This document shows positions 25,976-34,800 of a stretch of DNA of 64,000 nt, one piece after another. The first letter of the stretch is position 1. Each line of letters starts with the position of its first letter. The DNA is taken from positions 2,786-66,785 of IMG/VR virus record IMGVR_UViG_3300028908_000009; one strand, given 5' to 3'. The notes beneath the pieces are model-generated. The model searched no databases. It worked only from the letters and a program-made list of their open reading frames with translations, and was not told the origin of the DNA. Source of the stretch: a virus. Position numbers and translations under genes: made by a program.

Positions 25976-27098
25976 CGGGCAGCGCCTCCGCGTCCTCCCG
26001 CCCGGTGATCTTCGGACGGCTGCGGACGTCCTCGATCACATCTTCCCACACGGAGGCGAGGTGGTCCACGGTGGCGGTGTCCAGCACGAACTGCCGGGCC
26101 CGGCGCACCAGCGGCTCCAGGAGCGCCGGGTCGGTGGCGAGGTCCCGGAGGGTGTCGTGCCAGGCCGATGGGGTGTTCGGGATCGTGACGGCCACGTCGG
26201 ACGGCAGCTCGGCGTAGGGCCCCACCCGGCTGGCGAGGAAGGGAATCCCCTGGACGGTGGCCTCTAGGAACTTGATGGAGGACTTCGCCAGGTTGTAGGG
26301 GTGCTCCGCCAGCGGGGCGATCGCCAGGTCGAACCCGCCCCAGGCCACGGCGGCGGGGTAGTCCTCGAAGGGCACCCAGGGGCAGAGGATCACCCGGCCC
26401 GGGTGCCGGCGGCGGAGGTCGTGCAGCCACTTCGGGATCGAGCCGAAGCAGACGAGGCGGACCGGTCGCGGGGGGTTCTCCAGGAACCGCTCCAGCCCCG
26501 GCCGGGCGACGTCCATGTCCCCGTAGTGCCCCCCGGCACCCCCGTAGAAGATTCGGAAGGCGGGGTCGTTCCGGCGCTCCGGGTCCACCGGCAGCCCGGT
26601 CCAGTCGGCCGGGTCGATCATGTTCGGGACCACCCGGATCGCGTGGCAGCGGGAGCGGAAGCGGTCGGCCAGGGCCCGGGTCGTGACGGTGGTCAGCTCG
26701 GCCCACATCAGGTGCCAGAGGCCCGTCTCGTAGCACTTCTGGCCCGGGTTGTAGTGCTTCCGCCCGGGGTTCCAGGGGGGCACCTGGAGGAAGTCGTCGT
26801 CGAAGTCCACGATCATCCGGCCGTCCGGGATCCTGTGCCGCAGGCCGACCAGGAAGCCCAGCCGGCCCGGGTCGATCTCCCGGTCAACCACCACCACGTC
26901 GTGGTTCGCCGCCTGCTCCGCCACCCAGGCGGCGCGCTCTTCCGGCGTCCGCCCCCAGGTACGGGACCAGGGGCGGTCCTCCCGCCAGGTGACGGGCCAG
27001 CCGGCCCGGGAGAGCGCCCGGGCCGGCACCCACTGCCGGTAGTAGCCCACCGCCGTCTGCTGGCGGTGGAGGAAGAGTACCCGGGGCCGGTCCGCCAC
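25914..27098 (-). CDS. Glycosyltransferase, GT-B/GT4-like
   Basis: YYR..P, DFDD, VVPN, DLAIAPL...N.AKSSIKFLE motifs. Confidence 0.9.
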   Translation of the reverse strand: MADRPRVLFLHRQQTAVGYYRQWVPARALSRAGWPVTWREDRPWSRTWGRTPEERAAWVAEQAANHDVVVVDREIDPGRLGFLVGLRHRIPDGRMIVDFDDDFLQVPPWNPGRKHYNPGQKCYETGLWHLMWAELTTVTTRALADRFRSRCHAIRVVPNMIDPADWTGLPVDPERRNDPAFRIFYGGAGGHYGDMDVARPGLERFLENPPRPVRLVCFGSIPKWLHDLRRRHPGRVILCPWVPFEDYPAAVAWGGFDLAIAPLAEHPYNLAKSSIKFLEATVQGIPFLASRVGPYAELPSDVAVTIPNTPSAWHDTLRDLATDPALLEPLVRRARQFVLDTATVDHLASVWEDVIEDVRSRPKITGREDAEALPDERSPDPDAPGGDGPEPGAG

Positions 27099-27101
27099 GG
27101 C

Positions 27102-27287
27102 TCAGCCCTTCTTCGCGCGCTTCTTCCTCGGGCGGGCCTCGTCCTCGGCGGCAAGGCCGTCCACCACGTCGGACAGCTTGTGGGCCATCTCGATCAGCCC
27201 GTCGGCCATCGCCTGGAGCTTGTCAGCCTTCTTCGCCAGGCGAACGATCTGGTTGTTCAGCTTGCGGATCATCTGCTTCTTCGTCAT
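27102..27287 (-). CDS. Small coiled-coil protein
   Basis: GGAGG RBS; heptads and basic tail. Confidence 0.65.
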   Translation of the reverse strand: MTKKQMIRKLNNQIVRLAKKADKLQAMADGLIEMAHKLSDVVDGLAAEDEARPRKKRAKKG

Positions 27288-27894
27288 TCGTCGGTCCTCC
27301 CGTCGTTCCCGACTCCTCCCTCCGCCTGGACTCCAGCAGGTCGAGCGCCTTCGCCGGATCGTCCAGCAGCGGGCCGGTGTCGGGAAGGAAAAGGTTGAAC
27401 TGGGACAGGAACTGGGGCGTGAAGAGCCAGGACGTCCGGGGATCGGGCAGCCCCGGCACCTGGCCGTCGAACGACCCGGCGATCTCCCGCACGAGCTTCG
27501 GCCCGATGCGGCCGGTGAGGTCCCGCAGGTGGATCCTCACGCCGGCGGCCCGGAAGCCGAGCAGGTTGTCGGGGGAGAGCACCCGCCACAGGGGCGGCAT
27601 GAAGATCGGCGCGTAGCCCATCTCCACCGCCCGCCGGGCCCGGGCCTCCGCCTCCTCCGCCGGCCAGGGCAGCACCTCCCACGGGGCCCCGGCCCAGCCG
27701 TAGATCCCCCACCGGATCCAGGAGGGGGACGACGGCGGGCGGCCGGCCAGACGCGGCGGCATGTAGACCGTCACCGCGAAGTTCGGGAACTGGGCGTGCA
27801 GCGGGGTGAAGAAGTCCTCGACCTCCGCGAAGGAGGCCCCGCCGATGGCCCATACGCAGGCCGGGCGGACTACGTTCGCGTCGGATCGATCCAC
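27223..27894 (-). CDS. Hypothetical protein in glycosyltransferase cluster
   Basis: 3' part of track ORF 27223..28731; GTG start inferred. Confidence 0.6.
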   Translation of the reverse strand: MDRSDANVVRPACVWAIGGASFAEVEDFFTPLHAQFPNFAVTVYMPPRLAGRPPSSPSWIRWGIYGWAGAPWEVLPWPAEEAEARARRAVEMGYAPIFMPPLWRVLSPDNLLGFRAAGVRIHLRDLTGRIGPKLVREIAGSFDGQVPGLPDPRTSWLFTPQFLSQFNLFLPDTGPLLDDPAKALDLLESRRREESGTTGGPTNDEEADDPQAEQPDRSPGEEG

Positions 27895-28601
27895 GGCCAG
27901 TAGGCTCCCATCCGGCGCAGGTGGGCCTCCGCCGGCGAGTCCTGCGCCTCCAGCCGGTCGGTCGGGTGGAGGACGCGGATGTTGGGGAATCGGACCTGGA
28001 GCCCGCCCACCCGCTCCAGGTAGGCGGCCAGCGACTCGGGATCCCCGCGCCGCCGGGGGGCCTCCAGGTCGGGAGAGTAGCCGGCCAGCAGGGCCACCGG
28101 GTGGAGCCGGCAGGCCCCTCCCAGCCGGGCCATCAGCTCCGCCGGGAACCGCTGCCCCACCCGCAGGACCCCGACGGGCTGGAGCGGGTTCCGCAGGCCG
28201 ACGACCTTCGGGGCGGCCACGATCCGGTCCACCGGGTCGCCCGCCCGCTCCCGCAGCTCCTCGACCTGCGCGACCATCTTCTTCAGCCACCGCTTCGTGC
28301 GGAAACGCACGTCGTCGTCCAGCCGGAGCAGCCAGCGGTAGCCCCCCTGCCGGGCGAGGGCCAGGGCCTCCGCCGTGGCGTGGTGCTGGCCCCGGTTCTC
28401 CGGCCACTCGACCAGGTGCTGGATCCCCGTCCGGTCCGGCTGGTGGAGCAGCTCCCGGGCGACGGCCACCTGGCGGGGCGAGGCTCCCGACAGCACCACC
28501 AGCCAGTCGAACCACGTCCCGGCCGTCCCCCGGGCCTGTCGCACCAGCCCGCGAAGGAAGGACCGGTCCCCGTGGGTGACGGTGAAGGCCAGGATGCTCA
28601 C
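27870..28601 (-). CDS. Glycosyltransferase, GT-A/GT2-like
   Basis: EN.G..HA..EA and LRLDDD (DxD); GTGA overlap. Confidence 0.8.
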   Translation of the reverse strand: MSILAFTVTHGDRSFLRGLVRQARGTAGTWFDWLVVLSGASPRQVAVARELLHQPDRTGIQHLVEWPENRGQHHATAEALALARQGGYRWLLRLDDDVRFRTKRWLKKMVAQVEELRERAGDPVDRIVAAPKVVGLRNPLQPVGVLRVGQRFPAELMARLGGACRLHPVALLAGYSPDLEAPRRRGDPESLAAYLERVGGLQVRFPNIRVLHPTDRLEAQDSPAEAHLRRMGAYWPWIDPTRT

Positions 28602-29395
28602 CGGCCCGTCCCTCCCTCGGCGTCGTCCAGCGGCGGCAGGTTCGACGGGGGCTTCGGCAACTGGACCGGCTCCCACCGGCGGGTGAGCTGGAGGTTGCAG
28701 CCGTGCCAGTGATAGATGTTCGTCGCGGCATCGACCGCCGCCCCGGCGAGCCCGTCCAGCGTGGCGAGCCGGACCACCAGGTCCCAGTCGCCGAACCGCA
28801 TCATCTCCGGGTTGAAGACGTGCCCGTCCCGGTAGTTGAGCCGGAAGAGCGCCCCCTTCGAGACGATCATGTCCCCCGAATCGACGAAGTTGTGCGTCGG
28901 GCCGAGGAAGAGCCGCCGGACGTTCTCCGGGGTCCAGGGCACGAGCGGCGACGGACCCTCCGGCAGGCCGGACGGCAGGAGGCCCTGGTCCTCCCGCACG
29001 TACCGCCGGCGCGTGTAGGCGAGGGCCGGCCGCTGGGAGCCCGCCACGGCCCGGAGGAGGACCTCCAGGTGGTTCGGCTCCCACTCGTTGTCCGCGTCGA
29101 GGAAGGCGATCCAGGGGGCGCTGGACCAGGGGATCACCATGTTGCAGGGGATGGCGAAGTAGCCCGTGCGCTGCGGCGTGTAGGTGAAGCCGCCCACCAG
29201 GCCGTCGGGCTGCCCCACCGACTCCTCGAACTCCCGGATGCGGGGGCACTCGTCCGGCGAGCCATCGACGACGACGAACAGCTCGAAGTCGGAGCGGGGG
29301 ACGGTCTGACCCAGGACCGACTTCCAGGCCCGGGGAAGGAACTCGGCGTACGCCTCGTGGACGCGGAGGAGCACGCTGACGAGCGGGTCGTGCAT
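28598..29395 (-). CDS. Glycosyltransferase family 2
   Basis: PLVSV..SVLGQT..VVVDGS..IAFLDAD..DWDL. Confidence 0.92.
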   Translation of the reverse strand: MHDPLVSVLLRVHEAYAEFLPRAWKSVLGQTVPRSDFELFVVVDGSPDECPRIREFEESVGQPDGLVGGFTYTPQRTGYFAIPCNMVIPWSSAPWIAFLDADNEWEPNHLEVLLRAVAGSQRPALAYTRRRYVREDQGLLPSGLPEGPSPLVPWTPENVRRLFLGPTHNFVDSGDMIVSKGALFRLNYRDGHVFNPEMMRFGDWDLVVRLATLDGLAGAAVDAATNIYHWHGCNLQLTRRWEPVQLPKPPSNLPPLDDAEGGTGR

Positions 29396-29447
29396 GGTCG
29401 CTCCGGTTTCCGCCGCCGGGGGGCGGCGCGCCAGGTGCCCGGGCGGA

Positions 29448-29864
29448 TCAGGTGATCACGCCCGAGGTCGGTGGAGCCGTCCGGCCCAGCAGCCGGAGCA
29501 GCTCCGGGTCGTTGCGGCGAAGGTAACCCTTCTGCCAGAGGGCGGCAAGGATGCTGCGCCACCCGCGCCGGATCTCGCCGCCCGTCCAGCGGCGGGCGTC
29601 CTCGTCGAACTGCCCCTCGACGATCGAGCGCTCGGGGATCCAGCCCAGCGGGATCGCCAGGCCGGGGAACACCCGCCGGGAGCCCGTGGCGATCCACAGG
29701 GAGCCCGCCGCCCCGAACCCGGTCGCCTGCCGGGTGCGAAGCAGGGACTCGCGGACGGAGACGCCGACGGAGATCCAGGGTGGCGCGAGGAACCGGTGGA
29801 TGAGCCGCACCAGCTCCTCCATCGTCATCGCCCGCCCGGCCGAGGGGATGCCGAAGGCCGTCAT
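29448..29864 (-). CDS. Hypothetical protein
   Basis: ATGA overlap; IPERS..RGWRSIL motif. Confidence 0.6.
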   Translation of the reverse strand: MTAFGIPSAGRAMTMEELVRLIHRFLAPPWISVGVSVRESLLRTRQATGFGAAGSLWIATGSRRVFPGLAIPLGWIPERSIVEGQFDEDARRWTGGEIRRGWRSILAALWQKGYLRRNDPELLRLLGRTAPPTSGVIT

Positions 29865-30052
29865 CCCCGGGCCGTGCCCCGTTCGCCCTCGCCCAGGTCG
29901 AGCGGACGGGTGTCCGCCGGCCGGGCCTCGGGCACCTTCCGCTCCGTTGACCACTCCCGGGGCCAGTCCACGGGCCGCCGGGTCCTCTCGTTCAGGCGCG
30001 TGACGTCCCGCTCCGGGGGCGTCGGCTGCCGCAGGTGCCGTCCGGTGGTCAT
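29861..30052 (-). CDS. Small hypothetical protein
   Basis: GGAGG RBS. Confidence 0.55.
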   Translation of the reverse strand: MTTGRHLRQPTPPERDVTRLNERTRRPVDWPREWSTERKVPEARPADTRPLDLGEGERGTARG

Positions 30053-30076
30053 GGTGCTGCCTCCTCGCGGTGAAAC

Positions 30077-30114
30077 GGGCCCCCGCAGCCGGGGAGAGGG
30101 AGCTGCGGGGGCCC
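30077..30114 (-). terminator. 13-bp GC stem-loop downstream of capsid genes
   Basis: GGGCCCCCGCAGC / GCTGCGGGGGCCC; only a weak U tail. Confidence 0.5.
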
Positions 30115-30134
30115 AGGCGCGTGAGAGCGGGGTA

Positions 30135-30320
30135 TCAACCCCGGCCGGTGCCCTTGCTCTCCGCCGACAGGTCCACGCCGCTGCGGTTGACGACGCGGTC
30201 CGTCCCGTTGTTCGGCTTCTCGGGCCGGAAGGGCTTCTGGTTGGAGCCGGCCACCCCCCGTGGGTTGTGGGGCCGTGGGGCGGCGGGCCGACGGGCCTTC
30301 GCGTTTCCGACGCTGTTCAT
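30135..30320 (-). CDS. Small basic hypothetical protein
   Basis: AAGGAGG RBS just after capsid gene. Confidence 0.6.
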   Translation of the reverse strand: MNSVGNAKARRPAAPRPHNPRGVAGSNQKPFRPEKPNNGTDRVVNRSGVDLSAESKGTGRG

Positions 30321-30349
30321 CGTTCAGCCTCCTTTCCGTCGGCCCGTTA

Positions 30350-31378
30350 CTACGAGCCGTCGTAGAGGGACACGGCGTGCTTGAGCCGGGCCAGGCGGTG
30401 GTCCGCCGCCGGGGCGGCCACGACGCCGTAGTAGACCTTGACGCCGATGGTGCCCTGGAGGTTGACCGGGTCGCTGGTCCCCGCGGACCCCGGCGGGTGG
30501 TGGATCACCTGCACGCCCCCGCCCTCCTGGGTGATCGTGTAGTAGGCGTCGGGCGCGATGATGTAGGAGTAGGTCCCCTTGACGTTGGCCTCGAAGTCGG
30601 AGTCCGACGGCGAAGCCCCGCTGTCGAAGCACTTCACGTTGTTGGAGACGATGAACCGGATGCCGTAGAGCCGCCCGATCTCCCCACGGTAGATGTCGGA
30701 GGGGTCGGTATACTTGGCGATCTCCAGGAACCCGGTCTGCGCGGAGTCCGTCATCACGTCGTAGGCCACCAGGGGGTGGATGACGCAGACGAACGTCTCG
30801 TCCTCCCAGCGGGGGACGTTCCACGAGTCCATCTTCGGGCCGATCTTGGCGATCTCGGCCCCGTCGAGGGTGTCGCTGGTGCCGACGGTCGAGTCGCTGC
30901 CGGCGATCATCTTGTTGGTCTCGGCCGTCGAGCTGATCTGGCCGATGGTGTAGTCGTCGATCCGCAGCGCCAGCTCGCGGACGAGGTTCTCCATCGCCCC
31001 GTCGGTGATGGAGGCGTGGGAGACCAGCATCGCCTTCTCGGTGTAGCCGATGGCACCGGCGAAGATCACCACCGAGCCCTCGATGCTGGACGCCGAGAGC
31101 TGTCCCGGGGTGATCGAGCCGTCCTCGGCGATCTGGCTGATGTTGGCGAAGCTGGAGTCGTAGGACGGCTGGTAGTCGGAGATGGTGTAGGGGGACCGCC
31201 AGCGCGGGATCTTCACGTTCTCGTACCCGTGCGGGACGGTCACGTCGGTGCCGAACTGGCGGAAGTAGAGCGAGGACCACAGGCGGTCCCGCATGAAGTC
31301 CGCGTAGAACTTCGGGATGACGGAACTTCCGGGTCCGCCGAGCCCTACGCCGGTCGAACCGGCCTTGGTGATGGCCAT
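30350..31378 (-). CDS. Major capsid protein (N4-gp56 family-like)
   Basis: IHP..AYD, GEIGRLYGIRFI, DP.N..GTIG.K motifs; follows scaffold. Confidence 0.92.
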   Translation of the reverse strand: MAITKAGSTGVGLGGPGSSVIPKFYADFMRDRLWSSLYFRQFGTDVTVPHGYENVKIPRWRSPYTISDYQPSYDSSFANISQIAEDGSITPGQLSASSIEGSVVIFAGAIGYTEKAMLVSHASITDGAMENLVRELALRIDDYTIGQISSTAETNKMIAGSDSTVGTSDTLDGAEIAKIGPKMDSWNVPRWEDETFVCVIHPLVAYDVMTDSAQTGFLEIAKYTDPSDIYRGEIGRLYGIRFIVSNNVKCFDSGASPSDSDFEANVKGTYSYIIAPDAYYTITQEGGGVQVIHHPPGSAGTSDPVNLQGTIGVKVYYGVVAAPAADHRLARLKHAVSLYDGS

Positions 31379-31427
31379 GAGTCAGTGCCTCCTTCGCGCC
31401 GGCCGCTGGCCGGGCGGGGAAGGCCCG

Positions 31428-32300
31428 TCAGGTGCTCTGCTCCCAGTCCATGTCGAACACGTCCGAGGGCTCCAGGCCCTGGGCGCGCAGGATCTGGTTG
31501 TAGACCTCCTGCGCCGCGTCGTAATACTGCCGCTGCTTGGCGAGCGGGGCGTTCCGAGCCTTCCGCATCAGTTCCTCGTAGCGGCGGTTCAGCTCGCCCA
31601 GCTCGTCGGTCGGCATCGGCTCGTCTTCCGAGGACGAGGGGGTCTCCACGAGCGGCACCGTGTCGGGCGCTTGCTGGGGCACCGGGTTCTGCGCTGCCGG
31701 GGTTGACGCGGCCTGCTGGAGGGTCTGCGCTGCGGAGCCGCGAGCCGCCAGGCCCAGCCTCTCCGCCGCATCCAGGATGAACCGCGTCCGGTCCGGCTCG
31801 GGCAGTCGATTCGCTTCGGGGAACCGTTGCAGGATCTGCTGCTCCTGCTCCGGCGTGATGGACCAGGTGGCCCGGATCGCTTCGGCCGCGACCTGCGTCT
31901 GGATGACCTGCGGCAGGGCGCGCATCGCTTCGAGGAACTGCCCCATCGTCACCGGCTCGTTCGGATCGACGCCGGCGAAGGGGTCCTGCTGGGGTTGCTG
32001 CTGCTGGGCCTGGGCCGCCGGGGCGGCACCGGCCTGGAGGGCCCGGAGGCGGAGCTGGAACTCCGCCTGCTGCTGTTCGAGCTGGCGCTTGAGGTCGCCG
32101 ATCGTCCGGGCCATTTCTCCGATCTGCTGCTTCAGGGCCAGCTCCTCGGCCGCCTTCTCCGGGGCCGCCGGGGGCGGCGTGGACTCCACGGAGGGCTGCT
32201 CGCTCCGGCCCGGCTGGACCTCCTTCGTGGTCGGTCGGGCCATGTTGATCTTCCTCTTCGGCTCGGAAGCCGGTCCCTGGTGCGGCGTCATCTCGGTCAT
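31428..32300 (-). CDS. Capsid scaffolding protein
   Basis: Q/E/P-rich coiled coil directly upstream of MCP. Confidence 0.7.
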   Translation of the reverse strand: MTEMTPHQGPASEPKRKINMARPTTKEVQPGRSEQPSVESTPPPAAPEKAAEELALKQQIGEMARTIGDLKRQLEQQQAEFQLRLRALQAGAAPAAQAQQQQPQQDPFAGVDPNEPVTMGQFLEAMRALPQVIQTQVAAEAIRATWSITPEQEQQILQRFPEANRLPEPDRTRFILDAAERLGLAARGSAAQTLQQAASTPAAQNPVPQQAPDTVPLVETPSSSEDEPMPTDELGELNRRYEELMRKARNAPLAKQRQYYDAAQEVYNQILRAQGLEPSDVFDMDWEQST

Positions 32301-32363
32301 GTCGCTCTTCCTCCTGGCGGGAACGCGGGTCCCTCGCGGTAGCGCGTTCCCGTTCTCACGGTA

Positions 32364-32756
32364 TCACCGCCGTTCGCGCGGCGGCAAGGGTTGGGACTGC
32401 GGGCCGAGCGGCAGCATCGCCACGCGGGCCTCGATCTCGCCGGGCAGGGCGAGGAGCGATTCGAGCAGGCCGATCGCCATCCGCAGCTCGTTCGCCCGGT
32501 CCCGCTCGCCGGGCCGGGGGGCGGCCCGGAGCTCGGCGAGGAGCCGGTCCCGCTTGCGGGCGAGGGCGGCCCGGAAGAACTTCCAGGCGGGGTTCCCCTC
32601 CATCTGGCGGAAGCCCAGCATCACGCGGTGCAGGTCTGCCGGCGAGGCGTGGACCTGCTCGACCCACGCCGACGGGTCGGGCGGCAGCCCCGCCAGGGCC
32701 TCGTCCAGCATCTTCATCACGGCCTTGCGCCGGCGGCGGCGAAGGAACGACAGCAT
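32364..32756 (-). CDS. Small head-associated protein
   Basis: GGAGG RBS; NPAWK..helical; between portal and scaffold. Confidence 0.65.
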   Translation of the reverse strand: MLSFLRRRRRKAVMKMLDEALAGLPPDPSAWVEQVHASPADLHRVMLGFRQMEGNPAWKFFRAALARKRDRLLAELRAAPRPGERDRANELRMAIGLLESLLALPGEIEARVAMLPLGPQSQPLPPRERR

Positions 32757-32767
32757 CGGGCCTCCCG

Positions 32768-34741
32768 TCAGAGCTCGACGGCCTCGGTGGGCGGAGGGGC
32801 GGGTGCCTGGCCGGGAGCCCGGTTCGCCATCGCCTGGGCGATCGCCTGGAGCCCGGGCATCGACTGGCCGGGCTGGCTGGCGGGACCGGGGCCGGCCTGG
32901 GCGGCCAGGGCCATGTTCTCCTGCCCCTCCTTCTTCAGGTAGCGGTCCGGGTCCGTCTCGCCGGACCAGCGGGCGAAGTCCTCCAGGATCGTCCGTGGCT
33001 CGATCAGCGGGGCGAAGGCGGGCGAGGCCGCGAGCTGGAGCCAGGTCTGGATGTTCGTCAGGCGCTCCTCGCGCGTCATCTCGTAGAGCCCTCCGCCGAT
33101 CTTCAGGTCGATCCCGCCGGTGATGGCGGCCAGCGACAGCGGCTCGCCCAGGATCCGCTCCACCTGGGCCGGCGTCATGTGCTGCCGGACCAGGTCGAAG
33201 GCCCGCCGCAGGAGCGGGCGCATGAAGGCCACCTGGTGGTACAGGATGTCCACCTGGTGGCGGGCCCCGCCCTGGAGGATCCGCTGCTGGATCTCCGTGG
33301 CGGTCACGTCCCGGGACTTCGTGGTCGCCTCCGCGCCCATCTGGACCGCGTCGGTGGCGGCGGTGGACTCGGCCATCCGCTGGCGGTAGCTCTCCTCCGT
33401 CCACGCCTCCTGGAAGACCGGCCGGCGGGGCAGGATGGCGAAGGCCCGGTCCAGGGGCTCGCCCGGCTCGGCCTCCACGGTGACGTGCCCGCCGGGGCGG
33501 AAGAGGAGCTGGTCCGCCGCGATCGCGCCGGAGCGGATGACGTACTGCTGCCAGACGTTGAGCAGGATCTCGTCCATCCGGGCGCGGGCGATGCGGGTCT
33601 GGTACTGGACCAGCGGGCCGACCCAGTTGAGGATCGAGTCGCCGTAGGGCCGGTTCGGCACCGGCACCGCCTTCGTCGCCCAGTAGGGCCCGCGACCGTC
33701 CGGCGTCGGGGCCCGCCCGTGGGCGATGACCACCTGGCCGTTCACCATCTTCGTGAGCGTCCGCCGGCGGTGGTCCCAGCAGAGCCAGAGGGTGACCGGC
33801 TTCTCGCCGATCGCCCAGGAGGGCTCGCGCTCCCGGGTGTCGTCCAGCGGCCAGCGCTCCGTGTCCCGGGGCTCCTCCGTCGAGTCGTGCTGCTCGGCGG
33901 TGGCCCGGGCGGCGGCCAGGTTGTGGTAGAGCGGCCGCCCGGTGCGGGCCCGCCACTCGGCGTCCTCCGCCGCCAGCGCCTCGATCGTGGTCCGCACCTT
34001 CTCGATCGTCCAGGTGCGCGGGCCGGTCAGGTTGCAGGCGATCGAGTCGAGCGGGAGCCAGGCGAAGTCGAGGCCGTCGTAGACCGTCTCCAGCAGCTCG
34101 ACCTCCTTCCAGGTCGGCTCCTCCGACTCGTCCTCGAAGACCAGCATCGGTGCCCGCCGGCGGTCGTACCGGCTCCGCCACCAGAGCCGCCACCAGGCGT
34201 GGCCGACGATCTGCTCGTAGCGCAGGCCCTCGATCGCCCGGACGATCAGGCCGTCCCCGTCCTCCGAGTCCCGCCCGATCTCGCCGAGCTTCACCTCCAG
34301 CAGGCGACGGACCAGCTCCTCCACCTGGGCGTCCGAGCGCTCGACGCCCTTCACCGCCATCCAGTCCCGCCGGCCGAACATGCCGAGCGTGAGCCGGGCC
34401 AGCCGGGCCTCGATGATCTTGAACGCCTCCGGGATCACCGTCTGGTCCCGCCACTCCTCGCCGGGGCCGATCGACGCGCCGGTGTCCATGCTGCGGTAGA
34501 GGAACCAGTACCGGAGCAGGTTCCCCCGGATGCCCGAGGTGAACAGGTTGCGCCAGCGCTCGTGCCGGGCCTGCCAGAGGTTCTGCGTCGAGTAGGGCGA
34601 CGGGCCGTAGAGGGGCCGCGCCGTCCCGATCACGCCGAACGTCGGCGGCGGCACCGGCCGCGCTCCCGTGGCCTGCCGCCGGGGCGCGGGGGCCGAGCGG
34701 TCGGAAGGGGGAAGTCCGCCTGCGGTGTCGATCCTCGGCAT
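32768..34741 (-). CDS. Portal protein
   Basis: 657 aa after terminase; TATEI motif, Q/P-rich tail. Confidence 0.88.
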   Translation of the reverse strand: MPRIDTAGGLPPSDRSAPAPRRQATGARPVPPPTFGVIGTARPLYGPSPYSTQNLWQARHERWRNLFTSGIRGNLLRYWFLYRSMDTGASIGPGEEWRDQTVIPEAFKIIEARLARLTLGMFGRRDWMAVKGVERSDAQVEELVRRLLEVKLGEIGRDSEDGDGLIVRAIEGLRYEQIVGHAWWRLWWRSRYDRRRAPMLVFEDESEEPTWKEVELLETVYDGLDFAWLPLDSIACNLTGPRTWTIEKVRTTIEALAAEDAEWRARTGRPLYHNLAAARATAEQHDSTEEPRDTERWPLDDTREREPSWAIGEKPVTLWLCWDHRRRTLTKMVNGQVVIAHGRAPTPDGRGPYWATKAVPVPNRPYGDSILNWVGPLVQYQTRIARARMDEILLNVWQQYVIRSGAIAADQLLFRPGGHVTVEAEPGEPLDRAFAILPRRPVFQEAWTEESYRQRMAESTAATDAVQMGAEATTKSRDVTATEIQQRILQGGARHQVDILYHQVAFMRPLLRRAFDLVRQHMTPAQVERILGEPLSLAAITGGIDLKIGGGLYEMTREERLTNIQTWLQLAASPAFAPLIEPRTILEDFARWSGETDPDRYLKKEGQENMALAAQAGPGPASQPGQSMPGLQAIAQAMANRAPGQAPAPPPTEAVEL

Positions 34742-34800
34742 TCCGGGTCCTCCGGGAGAGTCCGCCCGCTACCAGTCTAGCCCGCCGGCGGCCGCCGGGC

